Positions 18,614-27,901 are shown, counted from the stretch's first letter. The stretch: 64,000 bases of DNA from Galbitalea sp. (GCA_036266835.1 DATAXD010000011.1:183-64182); one strand, 5' to 3'. Notes: generated by a model from the sequence alone, not told the origin. Program-made: numbers and translations.

Positions 18614-18744
18614 TTGAGCCGCCGGGTCGGGGGCGTTGGAATGGCAATATCCAGGGGCATTTCGTTGTTTAATCAACGGGATGTTCACGGCGCAATCGGC
18701 ATCGAAATTGCCGGGCGCGCCGCAGCATTGATAAGGAGTTTTTC

Positions 18745-21201
18745 GTGACAATTACCGTCGTCAAGCGCAACGGCCAGCGTGAGCCGTACGACGCGAACAA
18801 GATCAACCTCGCGATCGAGAACGCGAGCGCCGGTCTCGACGAGAACATCACGTGGGTGACCCAGATCGCCTCCGAACTGGAGCTCACCCTGTTCGACGGC
18901 ATCACGACCCAGCAACTCGACGAGGCCGTCATCCAGGTCGCGCTGCAGAACGTCAAAGACGACCCCGCATTCGACGTTGTCGCGGCCCGGCTGCTGCTTA
19001 AGACGATCTACAAGCGCGTACTCGGCGACTACGAGACCGCCGACGAGCTCAAGAAACTGCACAAGGAGCACTTCGCCACCAACATCCGTCGCGGAGTCGA
19101 CGAGGGTCTGCTCGACTCGCGCCTGATCGAGATGTTCGATCTCCAGAAGCTGGCCGACTCGCTCGAGCCCGAGAACGATGAGCTGCTCAAGTACATCGGG
19201 CTGGTCACGCTCGCCAACCGCTATGGCATCAAGGGGCGCAACGGCGACGCGCTCGAAGTGCCGCAGTACTTCTGGATGCGGATCGCGATGGGGCTCTCGC
19301 TCAACGAGTCCGACCCGACGACCCACGCGCTCGCGTTCTACAACAAGATGTCCAGGCTCGAGTACATCGCCGCCGGCTCGACTCTCGTCAACGCGGGCAC
19401 CGCGTATCCGCAACTCGCGAACTGCTTCGTCATGGAGATGCAGGACGACATGGAGCACATCGCCAAGACGACGCGCGATGTCATGTGGCTGACCAAGGGC
19501 ACCGGCGGCATCGGGCTGTCGGTGACGAAGCTGCGTGCCCAGGGCTCGCCCATCCGCTCAAACAACACGACCTCCACGGGGCCGATTCCGTTCATGCACA
19601 CGATCGACTCGATTCTTCGGGCCGTCAGCCGCGGCGGCAAGAAGTTCGGCGCCCTGTGCTTCTACATGGAGAATTGGCACCTCGACTTTCCCGAGTTCCT
19701 CGACCTGCGACAGAACTCCGGCGACCCTTACCGCCGCACCCGCACCGCGAACACCGCCGTCTGGATCAGTGACGAGTTCATGAAGCGCGTGCAGAACGAC
19801 GACGACTGGTACCTGTTCGACCCGCTCGAAGTCTCCGACCTCAACGAGCTCTATGGCAGCGCGTTCTCGGTCCGCTACAACGAATACGTGGCCAAGGCCG
19901 AGGCCGGCGAAATGCGGATGTTCAAGAAGCTTGGCGCGCGCGAGCAGTTCAAGTCCATCCTGATTTCCCTCCAGACGACGAGCCATCCGTGGCTGACCTG
20001 GAAGGACACGATCAACAACCGCGCCCTGAACAACAACACCGGCACGATCCACCTGTCGAACCTCTGCACGGAGATCACGCTTCCGCAGGACAAGGACAAC
20101 GTCTCGGTCTGCAACCTGGTATCGATCAACCTGTCGCAGCATTTGCTTCCGACCATGTCCGTCGACTTCGCAAAGGTCGAGGAGAGCGCGCGGCTCGCGA
20201 TCCGTCAGCTCGACAACCTCATCGACATCACTCGCTCCTCCGTCAAGGAGGCCGACTTCTCGAACCACCAGAACCGTGCCGTGGGGCTCGGAGTGATGGG
20301 TTTCACCGACATCATCGAGCGGATGGGTATCTCGTACGAGAGCGAAGCCGCCTACGAGCTGATCGACGAGATCATGGAACACGTCTCCTACGCCGCCATC
20401 GACGAGAGCACCAGCCTCGCCAAGGAACGCGGCGCCTACCCAAACTTCGAAGGCTCGCGCTGGTCGCAGGGAATGGTGCCGTTCGACTCGATCGCACTGA
20501 CCGAAGCCGATCGTGGCACCCCGATTGCCGTTAACCGCACGACTCGCCTCGACTGGGATGCCCTTCGCGCGAAGGTGAAGGGCGGCATGCGCAACGCGAC
20601 GCTGATGGCGATCGCGCCGACCGCGTCCATTGGGCTGGTTGCCGGAACGACTCCGGGCTTCGACCCGCAGTTCGCTCAGATCTTCAGCCGCGCTACCTCC
20701 AACGGTAAGTTCCTCGAGGTCAACCGCAACCTCGTCAACGACCTCCAGAAGCTCGGTATCTGGGAGTCGACCAAGGAGACGATCCTGCGGAGCCAGGGCG
20801 ACATCCAGAACATTGCCGCGATCCCGGATGCGGTGAAGGCGACCTACAAGACGAGTTTCCAGCTCTCGCCGTACTCGTTCCTCGAGGTTGCCGCGCGCGC
20901 CCAGAAGTGGATCGACCAGGCCATCAGCCGCAACATGTACCTGGAAACGCGCGATCTCGGCGACATGATGGACATCTACTTCGGCGCCTGGGAGCGCGGC
21001 GTCAAGACGACCTACTACTTGCACATGAAGCCGCGTCACACCGCCGAACAGTCGACGGTCAAGGTGAACAAGGCAGAAGACCTGACGGGTACTGCCACCG
21101 CATCCGATTCGGCGGGCAGTGCGACCGACTCGGCCATTGCTGCCGTCGCGGGCCCCGCACGTCGCGGTTTCGGCGGGCTCACTCCGAAGTCGGAGGGTTG
21201 A
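18745..21201 (+). CDS. nrdA: Class I ribonucleoside-diphosphate reductase alpha subunit (R1) with N-terminal ATP-cone; lacks C-terminal Cys pair
   Basis: ATP-cone VVKRNGQREPYDANKI, then LANCFV, SNLCTEITLP, SVCNLVS and the TTYYL dyad. AAGGAG Shine-Dalgarno sits before GTG 18745. Confidence 0.95.
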   Translation: MTITVVKRNGQREPYDANKINLAIENASAGLDENITWVTQIASELELTLFDGITTQQLDEAVIQVALQNVKDDPAFDVVAARLLLKTIYKRVLGDYETADELKKLHKEHFATNIRRGVDEGLLDSRLIEMFDLQKLADSLEPENDELLKYIGLVTLANRYGIKGRNGDALEVPQYFWMRIAMGLSLNESDPTTHALAFYNKMSRLEYIAAGSTLVNAGTAYPQLANCFVMEMQDDMEHIAKTTRDVMWLTKGTGGIGLSVTKLRAQGSPIRSNNTTSTGPIPFMHTIDSILRAVSRGGKKFGALCFYMENWHLDFPEFLDLRQNSGDPYRRTRTANTAVWISDEFMKRVQNDDDWYLFDPLEVSDLNELYGSAFSVRYNEYVAKAEAGEMRMFKKLGAREQFKSILISLQTTSHPWLTWKDTINNRALNNNTGTIHLSNLCTEITLPQDKDNVSVCNLVSINLSQHLLPTMSVDFAKVEESARLAIRQLDNLIDITRSSVKEADFSNHQNRAVGLGVMGFTDIIERMGISYESEAAYELIDEIMEHVSYAAIDESTSLAKERGAYPNFEGSRWSQGMVPFDSIALTEADRGTPIAVNRTTRLDWDALRAKVKGGMRNATLMAIAPTASIGLVAGTTPGFDPQFAQIFSRATSNGKFLEVNRNLVNDLQKLGIWESTKETILRSQGDIQNIAAIPDAVKATYKTSFQLSPYSFLEVAARAQKWIDQAISRNMYLETRDLGDMMDIYFGAWERGVKTTYYLHMKPRHTAEQSTVKVNKAEDLTGTATASDSAGSATDSAIAAVAGPARRGFGGLTPKSEG

Positions 21202-21203
21202 GG

Positions 21204-21308
21204 GTGGACCTGTTCAACGAACTGCAGGTTGGCACTTCGCGTGTCGTGGAAGAGTACTTCGTACCGGTCGACCCGATGGACGACCTCCAGTGCGAGAGCT
21301 GCCAGTAG
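21204..21308 (+). CDS. 34-codon ORF encoding an R1-tail-like peptide (VDLFNELQ...DDLQCESCQ)
   Basis: GTG lies 2 nt after the nrdA stop, with GGAGGG 6 nt upstream. Its TAG abuts the nrdB ATG. 28 of 34 codons end in G/C. The CESC terminus resembles R1 redox tails. Confidence 0.5.
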   Translation: MDLFNELQVGTSRVVEEYFVPVDPMDDLQCESCQ

Positions 21309-22301
21309 ATGCCAATCCTAGGAACGGGCTTGCAGGAGGGACTGCTCCTCAAGCCCATCAAGTACCAGTGGGCGATGGACCTTTACGACCAGGCCGTCGC
21401 CAACACCTGGTTCCCCAACGAGATCCAGCTCGGCGAAGACATCGCCGACTTCAAGAAGATGACTGATGAGGAACGCCACGCCGTAACCTTCCTGATGAGT
21501 TACTTCAATCCGAACGAACTCCTGGTCAACAAGGCGCTCGCCTTCGGGGTTTACCCGTACGTCAGTGCCGCGGAATGCAGCCTTTATCTCGCCAAGCAGA
21601 TGTGGGAAGAGGCCAACCACTGCATGAGTTTCGAGTACGTCCTCGAAACCTTCCCGATCGACCGCAACGAGGCCTACAACGCGCACGTCGATATTCCGTC
21701 CATGGCTCGAAAAGAAGAATTCGAGTTGAAGTACATCCGTCGCATGACGGAGCAGACTCTCGACATCACGACAACCGAGGGCAAGAAGGACTTCGTCCGC
21801 AACCTCGTCGCGTACAACGTCATCCTCGAGGGCGTCTGGTTTTATTCGGGCTTCATGGTCGCCCTGTCGTTCCGCCAGCGGAACCTGCTGCGCAACTTCG
21901 GATCGCTAATGGACTGGGTGGTCCGCGACGAATCCCTGCATCTCAAGTTCGGTATCAACCTGATCCTCACCGTGCTCGAAGAGAATCCCGACCTTCAGAC
22001 CGAAGAATTCGCTGCGGAGATCAAGCAGATGATCCTGGATGCCGTGGAGATGGAAGAGGAATACAACCGCGATCTGCTTCCCGGCGGCATCCTCGGCCTC
22101 AACGCCAGCTACATCAACCAATACGTGAAGTACCTGGCCGACCGCAGGCTCGAGGAACTCGGCTTCGAGGCCGAGTACAACGTGTCGAATCCGGCGAAGT
22201 GGATGGCGGCAGCCAACGACACCCTGCAACTGGTGAACTTCTTCGAGTCGACGAACACCTCGTACGAGTCGAACGCCTCGGCTACGGAGTCGAAGAAGTA
22301 G
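21309..22301 (+). CDS. nrdB: Ribonucleotide reductase beta subunit (R2), class Ic-like (Phe at radical position)
   Basis: Ligand set E70, E101-x-x-H104, E174, E208-x-x-H211. F108 sits at the H+4 position where class Ia has Tyr. C-terminal ...NTSYESN Tyr is present. Confidence 0.9.
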   Translation: MPILGTGLQEGLLLKPIKYQWAMDLYDQAVANTWFPNEIQLGEDIADFKKMTDEERHAVTFLMSYFNPNELLVNKALAFGVYPYVSAAECSLYLAKQMWEEANHCMSFEYVLETFPIDRNEAYNAHVDIPSMARKEEFELKYIRRMTEQTLDITTTEGKKDFVRNLVAYNVILEGVWFYSGFMVALSFRQRNLLRNFGSLMDWVVRDESLHLKFGINLILTVLEENPDLQTEEFAAEIKQMILDAVEMEEEYNRDLLPGGILGLNASYINQYVKYLADRRLEELGFEAEYNVSNPAKWMAAANDTLQLVNFFESTNTSYESNASATESKK

Positions 22302-22302
22302 C

Positions 22303-22782
22303 TTGACGATCGAAATTCGGCGGATCGACTACAACGATCCGCGCGCCATAGTCATCCGCGAGGCGATGGATGCGGAGATGGGCGTGCTGTACGCCGGCGT
22401 CGACGAGTCGTTCGACGACGACATGCGCACCGCAATTGGTGCTTCGCTCGCGGTCCATCCCGAGCAGATGATCGCGACCATCGGTGCCCTGGATGGCGAG
22501 AAGCTCGTGGGTCACGCCGCGCTTCGGCCGTTCGAGGATGACCTCGAGGTCAAGCGAGTCATTGTGCTGCCCGAGTACCGCGGGCGCGGCATTTCGAAGC
22601 AACTGATGTCCGAACTCGAGATCATCGGCCGAGAGTCCGGGGCAAAACGACTCATCCTTCAAACCGGCGATCGCCAGGTCGAAGCGATCGCGCTGTACGA
22701 GGCGATCGGGTATCGGCAAATCGAGCGGTTCGGGCTCTACGCGCCCATTCCGTTCTTCCTCTGCTACGGAAAGCAGCTGTAG
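22303..22782 (+). CDS. GNAT family N-acetyltransferase
   Basis: VLPEYRGRGISKQLMSELE acetyl-CoA binding motif (R/Q-x-x-G-x-G/A). TTG start lies 1 nt after the nrdB stop. Confidence 0.8.
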   Translation: MTIEIRRIDYNDPRAIVIREAMDAEMGVLYAGVDESFDDDMRTAIGASLAVHPEQMIATIGALDGEKLVGHAALRPFEDDLEVKRVIVLPEYRGRGISKQLMSELEIIGRESGAKRLILQTGDRQVEAIALYEAIGYRQIERFGLYAPIPFFLCYGKQL

Positions 22783-22818
22783 GCAGCGGCTCTTGCCAAG
22801 GAATTGCGTCGATTCGTA

Positions 22819-24615
22819 ATGTTCTTGCAGACGAGTCATACTGGCAACGTGGCCGTCCAGCGCAGCGCATCGACAATCTCGGTCGACAAGCGCAGGCCGA
22901 TCGGCTCGCTCATTGCGATGTTCCGCCCCTACCGCGCGTCGATGCTTCTGGCCACCGTTGTCTTCGTCATCAAGGACAGCCCGATCTGGATTCTGCCGAT
23001 CCTTACCGCCAACATCATTGACGTAGTCGTCGAGCACAAGCCGGTCGAGCAGCTGTGGCTCAACGCGGGAATCGCCGCAATCATCCTGGTGATGAACTAT
23101 CCGCTCAACGTCCTTTACGTGAGCCGGTTCAGCAACGCCGTGCGCCATGTTGCCGCGGATCTGCGCAACGGGATGTCGAGTCGACTGCAGCTGCTCACGA
23201 TCGGATTTCATTCGCGCACGAGCGCGGCCGTCATCCAGAGCAAGGTCGTGCGCGACGCCGAGAACGTCGAGCTCGCTCTCAACCAGTCGTACGGAGTCGG
23301 TCTCTCGGCGATCTGCGTCCTCGTTGGCGCGCTGGTGTCGACCGCCGTTCGCGTCCCCAGCTTCGTCCCCGTATTCGTCGTGATCGTACCGATCGCGGCG
23401 GTGTTGCTCATCATGCTGAGGCGCCGATCGGGCAGTCTCAATGAGTCCCTGCGGCACGAGGTCGAAACGTTCTCGTCGCGGATCGGCGAGATGGCCGCGC
23501 TGATGCCGATCACGCGCGCGCACGCGCTCGAGGATGTCGCGCTCGAGCGGGTCTCGACGAGCGTCGAAGATGTGCGCTCGGCCGCGGTCGCGCTCGACAA
23601 GTTCAACGGCAGGTTCGGTTCGATTACCTGGATCTCATACCAAAGCCTCGGCGTATTCTGCCTGGTCGCCGCGTCGTTTGCGGCTCTCACCCGTTTCATC
23701 CCGATCACGGCGGGCGAAGTGGTCCTGCTCAGCGGATATTTCACGATCCTCACCGGAGCGATCGTCAATCTCCTCAACCTGCTGCCCGTCATGACGAAGG
23801 CGCGTGAATCGATGCGGTCGATTGCGGAGGTCCTGCAGGAGCCAGACGTCGAGCTCAACGTCGGTAAGCGGGCCGTTGCCAGCGTCGCCGGGAACCTGCG
23901 CTTCGAACGGCTCGGCTATCGATACACGCCGCGGGGGAAGCCGGCGCTCAGTGATATCGAGCTCGAGGTCGCGCCCGGTGAGACGATCGCGTTCGTCGGC
24001 CCTTCGGGTTCGGGCAAGTCGACACTGCTCAATGTCGTGCTCGGTTTCCTGCGTCCGACCAGCGGCCGCCTGCTTCTCGACGGTGTCGACACGCAAACGC
24101 TCGACCTGCGCACGTTCCGTTCCCGGGTGTCGGTGGTGCCGCAGGAATCGGTGCTGTTCGAGGGCACCATCCGTGACAACGTCGCCTACGGATTGAGCGA
24201 CGCCAGCGACGCTGCCGTGCTCGATGCCCTGCGCGGGGCAAACGCGCTCGAGATCGTCGATGCGCTGCCGGATGGTTGGGACACGATCGTCGGAGAACGC
24301 GGTGCGCGTTTGTCGGGCGGGCAGCGTCAGCGGATCGCGATCGCGCGCGCCCTCATCCGGGACCCGCGAGTGCTGCTGCTCGACGAGGCGACTTCTGCGC
24401 TCGACGGCGAGTCGGAGAAGCTGGTGCAGGATGCGGTGGAGCGGCTCATGGGCGGTCGCACGACGCTCATCGTGGCGCACCGCCTGTCGACCATCCGGGC
24501 CGCTGACCGAATCGCGGTGCTGGATGCCGGCCGGCTCGTCGAGATCGGAACACACAAGAACCTGCTTGCGGCGGGTGGCCGATATTCGACGCTGTACTCG
24601 GCGCAGAGTTTCTGA
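22819..24615 (+). CDS. ABC exporter, fused permease/ATPase half-transporter (MsbA-like)
   Basis: Six TM helices then Walker A FVGPSGSGKSTL, signature LSGGQRQRIAIARA, Walker B LLLDEATSALD. Start is uncertain (22804, 22819 or 22846). Confidence 0.9.
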   Translation: MFLQTSHTGNVAVQRSASTISVDKRRPIGSLIAMFRPYRASMLLATVVFVIKDSPIWILPILTANIIDVVVEHKPVEQLWLNAGIAAIILVMNYPLNVLYVSRFSNAVRHVAADLRNGMSSRLQLLTIGFHSRTSAAVIQSKVVRDAENVELALNQSYGVGLSAICVLVGALVSTAVRVPSFVPVFVVIVPIAAVLLIMLRRRSGSLNESLRHEVETFSSRIGEMAALMPITRAHALEDVALERVSTSVEDVRSAAVALDKFNGRFGSITWISYQSLGVFCLVAASFAALTRFIPITAGEVVLLSGYFTILTGAIVNLLNLLPVMTKARESMRSIAEVLQEPDVELNVGKRAVASVAGNLRFERLGYRYTPRGKPALSDIELEVAPGETIAFVGPSGSGKSTLLNVVLGFLRPTSGRLLLDGVDTQTLDLRTFRSRVSVVPQESVLFEGTIRDNVAYGLSDASDAAVLDALRGANALEIVDALPDGWDTIVGERGARLSGGQRQRIAIARALIRDPRVLLLDEATSALDGESEKLVQDAVERLMGGRTTLIVAHRLSTIRAADRIAVLDAGRLVEIGTHKNLLAAGGRYSTLYSAQSF

Positions 24616-25140
24616 CCGCTGCCGTCGCGACGACGCCGCAGCCGCGTGACGACCAGCAGAATCGCACCAATCACGACGATGCCGATCGAGCCAGGAATCA
24701 CGTAGGGCGGAATCGAGACGCCGGTGGTCGCGAGGGCGACGACCGCTGCAGTTGCGATTGCCAGAGGTTTCACGAGACCGCTCCGGGGGAAGACTTGACT
24801 GCTTCGACAGTCCGATGCCCACATGCTAGTACCTGGCGCAGAAGTTCCCGCCCGAGGGCGCCGTGACGGCAACCGGCGTAATAGCGGCGGCGCCGAGACA
24901 ACGATCGAGTATCGAAGCTTCACTCCGTGCAGAAGTTGTAGCCCGGAAGCGCTTTCAGTGGTTAGCTAATCACCACGGCGGATCGCGCATCACACGCAGG
25001 TGGTGACTCGCCAGCAATCCCCAAGTAAGGTCTGAATACATCCCTGAGGCAATGCGGCATGGCTTGACCCATCTCTGCAATGCTGTCCCCCGCTTGGGGA
25101 CGGGGACTGCCCAAGTGAATTACGAAAGGAACCACATTCC

Positions 25141-26457
25141 ATGACTAGATCAAAGAGAGGCGCCATCACTCTGACGATTGTCACCGTGACTGCCCTCGCG
25201 ATCGCTCTGGCGGGCTGTTCGAGCCCGGCACCATCCGGGCCGGCGAAGGGCGCCGTGCTCTCCGCAGCCGGCACTTGTTCCAGTGGCGGGGCGGCGGGTT
25301 CGAGCTTCCGGCTCGGTACCTTCCTGCCGCTTACCGGTAGCCTCGCGTCCCTTGGCCCGGCAGCTGTTGCCGGTGCGGGTGAGGCTCTGTCGGAGATCAA
25401 CGCCAATGGCGGGGTCAACGGCAAGAAGGCCTGCATCATCAACACGGACTCGAGCGACACCACGAACCCGACCATCGGTAACCAGAGCATCCAGAAGCTT
25501 CTGGGCGACAACGTCTCTGCCATTCTTGGTGCTGAGTCGTCGTCGGTGACGGAGAACGTCCTCTCGACCGTTACGGCTTCCGGAACAGTCATGTTCTCGC
25601 CGGCCAACACGGATGATGCCCTCACCGGTATCTCGAAGTGGTACTTCCGTGACGCGCCGCCGAACAGCGTTGAAGGTAACGCCCTGGGAAAGCAGATCGT
25701 CGCGAACGGTGCTTCGAAGGTCGGAATCCTCGTCTTCAACGACTCCTACGGAACGAACCTGCGTGACTCGATCCAGAAGTCGATCGAAGGAGCTGGCGGT
25801 TCGGTTGTCTACGGTGCGACTGGCAAGGGCCAGGAGTTCCCGGCAACGGAGACCACCTTCGGTTCCGAGGTCTCGGCCGTTTTGGCCACGAAGCCCGACG
25901 CGATCGTCGTCGACGCTTTCGACCAGACCAACCAGATCCTGCCCGCGCTTGCGTCGGCCGGATGGAACATGAAGAACACCTACTTCGTTGATGGCAACCT
26001 GAACGACTACACCACAGCGGCCGGCATCCCCGACCTTTCTGGTGCACAGGGTTCGACCCAGGGTGTCAACCCGTCGCCCGCGTTCAAGACGACGCTGACG
26101 AAGTGGTACGCCAAGAACGAAGCCGGCGCGAAGCTTGGTTACTTCGGATATGCGGCTGAGTCCTACGATGCCGTGATGATCATGGCGCTTGCCGCCGATG
26201 AGGCAAAGTCTTCGACTTCGGCGAAGATCCAGCCTCTGATCCTTCCGATCACCGGCTCCAAGGGTGGCACGGTGTGCAAGAGCTACAGCGCTTGCCTCGC
26301 CGACATCAATGCCGGTAAGAAGATCCACTTCGAGGGTCTCTCGGGAATTGGTGCTCTGAACTCGGGTCACGACCCGTCGTCCGGGTACATCTCGATTTAC
26401 CAGTACGTGGGCAAGGCTCCGAGCAAGTTCCTCGAGTCCGTCAAGGGCTCGGTCTAG
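25141..26457 (+). CDS. Branched-chain amino acid-type ABC substrate-binding lipoprotein (LivJ/Peripla_BP_6-like)
   Basis: Lipobox ALAGCSS. Type I periplasmic binding fold pattern. First gene of a livHMGF-like operon. Confidence 0.85.
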   Translation: MTRSKRGAITLTIVTVTALAIALAGCSSPAPSGPAKGAVLSAAGTCSSGGAAGSSFRLGTFLPLTGSLASLGPAAVAGAGEALSEINANGGVNGKKACIINTDSSDTTNPTIGNQSIQKLLGDNVSAILGAESSSVTENVLSTVTASGTVMFSPANTDDALTGISKWYFRDAPPNSVEGNALGKQIVANGASKVGILVFNDSYGTNLRDSIQKSIEGAGGSVVYGATGKGQEFPATETTFGSEVSAVLATKPDAIVVDAFDQTNQILPALASAGWNMKNTYFVDGNLNDYTTAAGIPDLSGAQGSTQGVNPSPAFKTTLTKWYAKNEAGAKLGYFGYAAESYDAVMIMALAADEAKSSTSAKIQPLILPITGSKGGTVCKSYSACLADINAGKKIHFEGLSGIGALNSGHDPSSGYISIYQYVGKAPSKFLESVKGSV

Positions 26458-26464
26458 GAATTAG

Positions 26465-26505
26465 CTGCGGCGGGGGTCGACCGGTTCGGTCGGCCCCCGC
26501 TGCTG
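26465..26505 (+). terminator. Intercistronic GC-rich hairpin between the binding-protein and permease genes
   Basis: CTGCGGCGGGGGTCGACC / GGTTC / GGTCGGCCCCCGCTGCTG. The core is 12 bp including one G-U pair. It begins 8 nt after the SBP stop. No U-tract. Confidence 0.45.
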
Positions 26506-26566
26506 CGGCAGGTGCGACCGCGTTCGCGCTGGCCAAGCAACCGTTCGGACCAATGAAAGGTATCTC

Positions 26567-27901
26567 TTGCGCCCGACCCTGACCCGATGGGCTGCGATTA
26601 TCGCGGCCACCTTCGCGATCGTGATTGTGTCGTTGTTCACTACCACTCCGGCCTTCGCCAGTGGATCTGCGAACAACCCGATCGTCGCCGCGTCAAGTTG
26701 TTCCTCGGACGCCACCACGGGATGCATACAGGGCACCCTGCGGGATGACAATGGCAATGGCGTCGCGAAGGTGAAGGTGACGCTCAGCGATGCGGCAGGG
26801 GACTCCGCCAGCACGAAGAGCAACACCAATGGCACCTACATCTTCAAGGTCCACAAGGCAGGCAGCTACACGCTGACCCTCGCCGCCAAGACGCTCCCGC
26901 GTGGCATCAAGGCCGCGACGACGAGCGTGACCGTCACGGCAACGCTGGGCCAACTCCAGCCGGCGGTCATCCACATCACCGGTGTTTCCAAGGGCACCGT
27001 TGTGACCAACAACGCTCCTCCGCCTTTGTGGCTGCAGGTCTGGGACCAGTTCTCGCAAGGCCTCCTGCTGGGACTCCTGCTGGCGCTCGCGTCGATCGGC
27101 CTCTCGCTGATCTTCGGAACGACCGGCCTCTCCAACTTCGCCCACGCCGAGCAGGTGACTCTCGGTGGTCTGATGGCCTACGTCTTCTCGATCCAGCTCG
27201 GCTTCAACTTCATCGTTGCGACGGTGATCGCGGTCGTCATCTGTGGCGCATCCGGCTACATTCAGGACTGGCTGATCTGGGCGCCGCTGCGAAGACGCGG
27301 TCTCGGCCTGACCCAGCAGATGGTCGTCACGATCGGGCTTTCGCTCGCGCTCGAGTACATCTACCAATACTTCTTCGGCAGCCAGGTGTTGCCGGTCTCA
27401 ACCGTCGTACAGCGAACAACGGGTCCGCTGGATCTCACCCCGGACGCCTACGTCGCCATGGGGATCTCGGTGGTCGTTCTCGTCGCGATCGGACTGGTGC
27501 TCACGAGAACTCGCATTGGACGGGCCACTCGCGCGGTAAGTGACAATCGACCGCTCGCAGCGGCATCCGGAATCGACGTGGACCGGATTATCCGACTGGT
27601 CTGGACCGTTTCGATGGGCCTGGCCGGCCTGTCCGGCGTGCTGTACGCGCTGGTCAACGGTGGCATCCAGTGGTCAACGGGTGTCCAGCTGCTTCTGCTC
27701 ATCTTCTCGGCGGTCACGCTCGGTGGCCTCGGCACGGCGTTCGGCGCGCTCGTCGGCTCGCTCGTCATCGGCGTTGTTGTGCAGATGTCCAGCCTGGTGC
27801 TCTCGCAGAACCTCAAGTACGCGACCGCGCTCGTCATCCTGATTCTCGTTCTGCTCTTCCGGCCGCAGGGGATCCTCGGCCGTCGTGAACGCATTGGTTA
27901 G
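26567..27901 (+). CDS. livH: LivH-type branched-chain amino acid ABC permease with ~150-aa N-terminal secreted domain
   Basis: C-terminal 290 aa are LivH-like (LSLIFGTTGLSNFAHAEQ...). The N-terminus has a signal peptide (...TPAFA-SG) and a CarboxypepD_reg-like beta-sandwich segment. TTG start with GAAAGG Shine-Dalgarno. Confidence 0.85.
   Translation: MRPTLTRWAAIIAATFAIVIVSLFTTTPAFASGSANNPIVAASSCSSDATTGCIQGTLRDDNGNGVAKVKVTLSDAAGDSASTKSNTNGTYIFKVHKAGSYTLTLAAKTLPRGIKAATTSVTVTATLGQLQPAVIHITGVSKGTVVTNNAPPPLWLQVWDQFSQGLLLGLLLALASIGLSLIFGTTGLSNFAHAEQVTLGGLMAYVFSIQLGFNFIVATVIAVVICGASGYIQDWLIWAPLRRRGLGLTQQMVVTIGLSLALEYIYQYFFGSQVLPVSTVVQRTTGPLDLTPDAYVAMGISVVVLVAIGLVLTRTRIGRATRAVSDNRPLAAASGIDVDRIIRLVWTVSMGLAGLSGVLYALVNGGIQWSTGVQLLLLIFSAVTLGGLGTAFGALVGSLVIGVVVQMSSLVLSQNLKYATALVILILVLLFRPQGILGRRERIG

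Noticed and set aside
18614-18744. Possible cobalamin riboswitch upstream of nrdA, as in some Streptomyces nrdAB operons
   Set aside because: The leader is too short and lacks a B12-box-like element. NrdR boxes explain the region.
24616-24923. Minus-strand ORF with two hydrophobic segments and an RLRRRR stop-transfer (…VKPLAIATAAVVALATTGVSIPPYVIPGSIGIVVIGAILLVVTRLRRRR…)
   Set aside because: The frame has no stop until 24327, so it would overlap the ABC exporter 3' end by about 290 nt in the antisense frame that is always open in high-GC genes. A small membrane protein is possible, but I cannot define it. The remaining 300 bp up to 25140 showed only weak hairpins.
25085-25107. GTCCCC-loop-GGGGAC hairpin with a second GGGGAC copy in the liv operon leader, as a possible attenuator
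   Set aside because: The stem is only 6 bp. There is no leader peptide or antiterminator logic that I can support.
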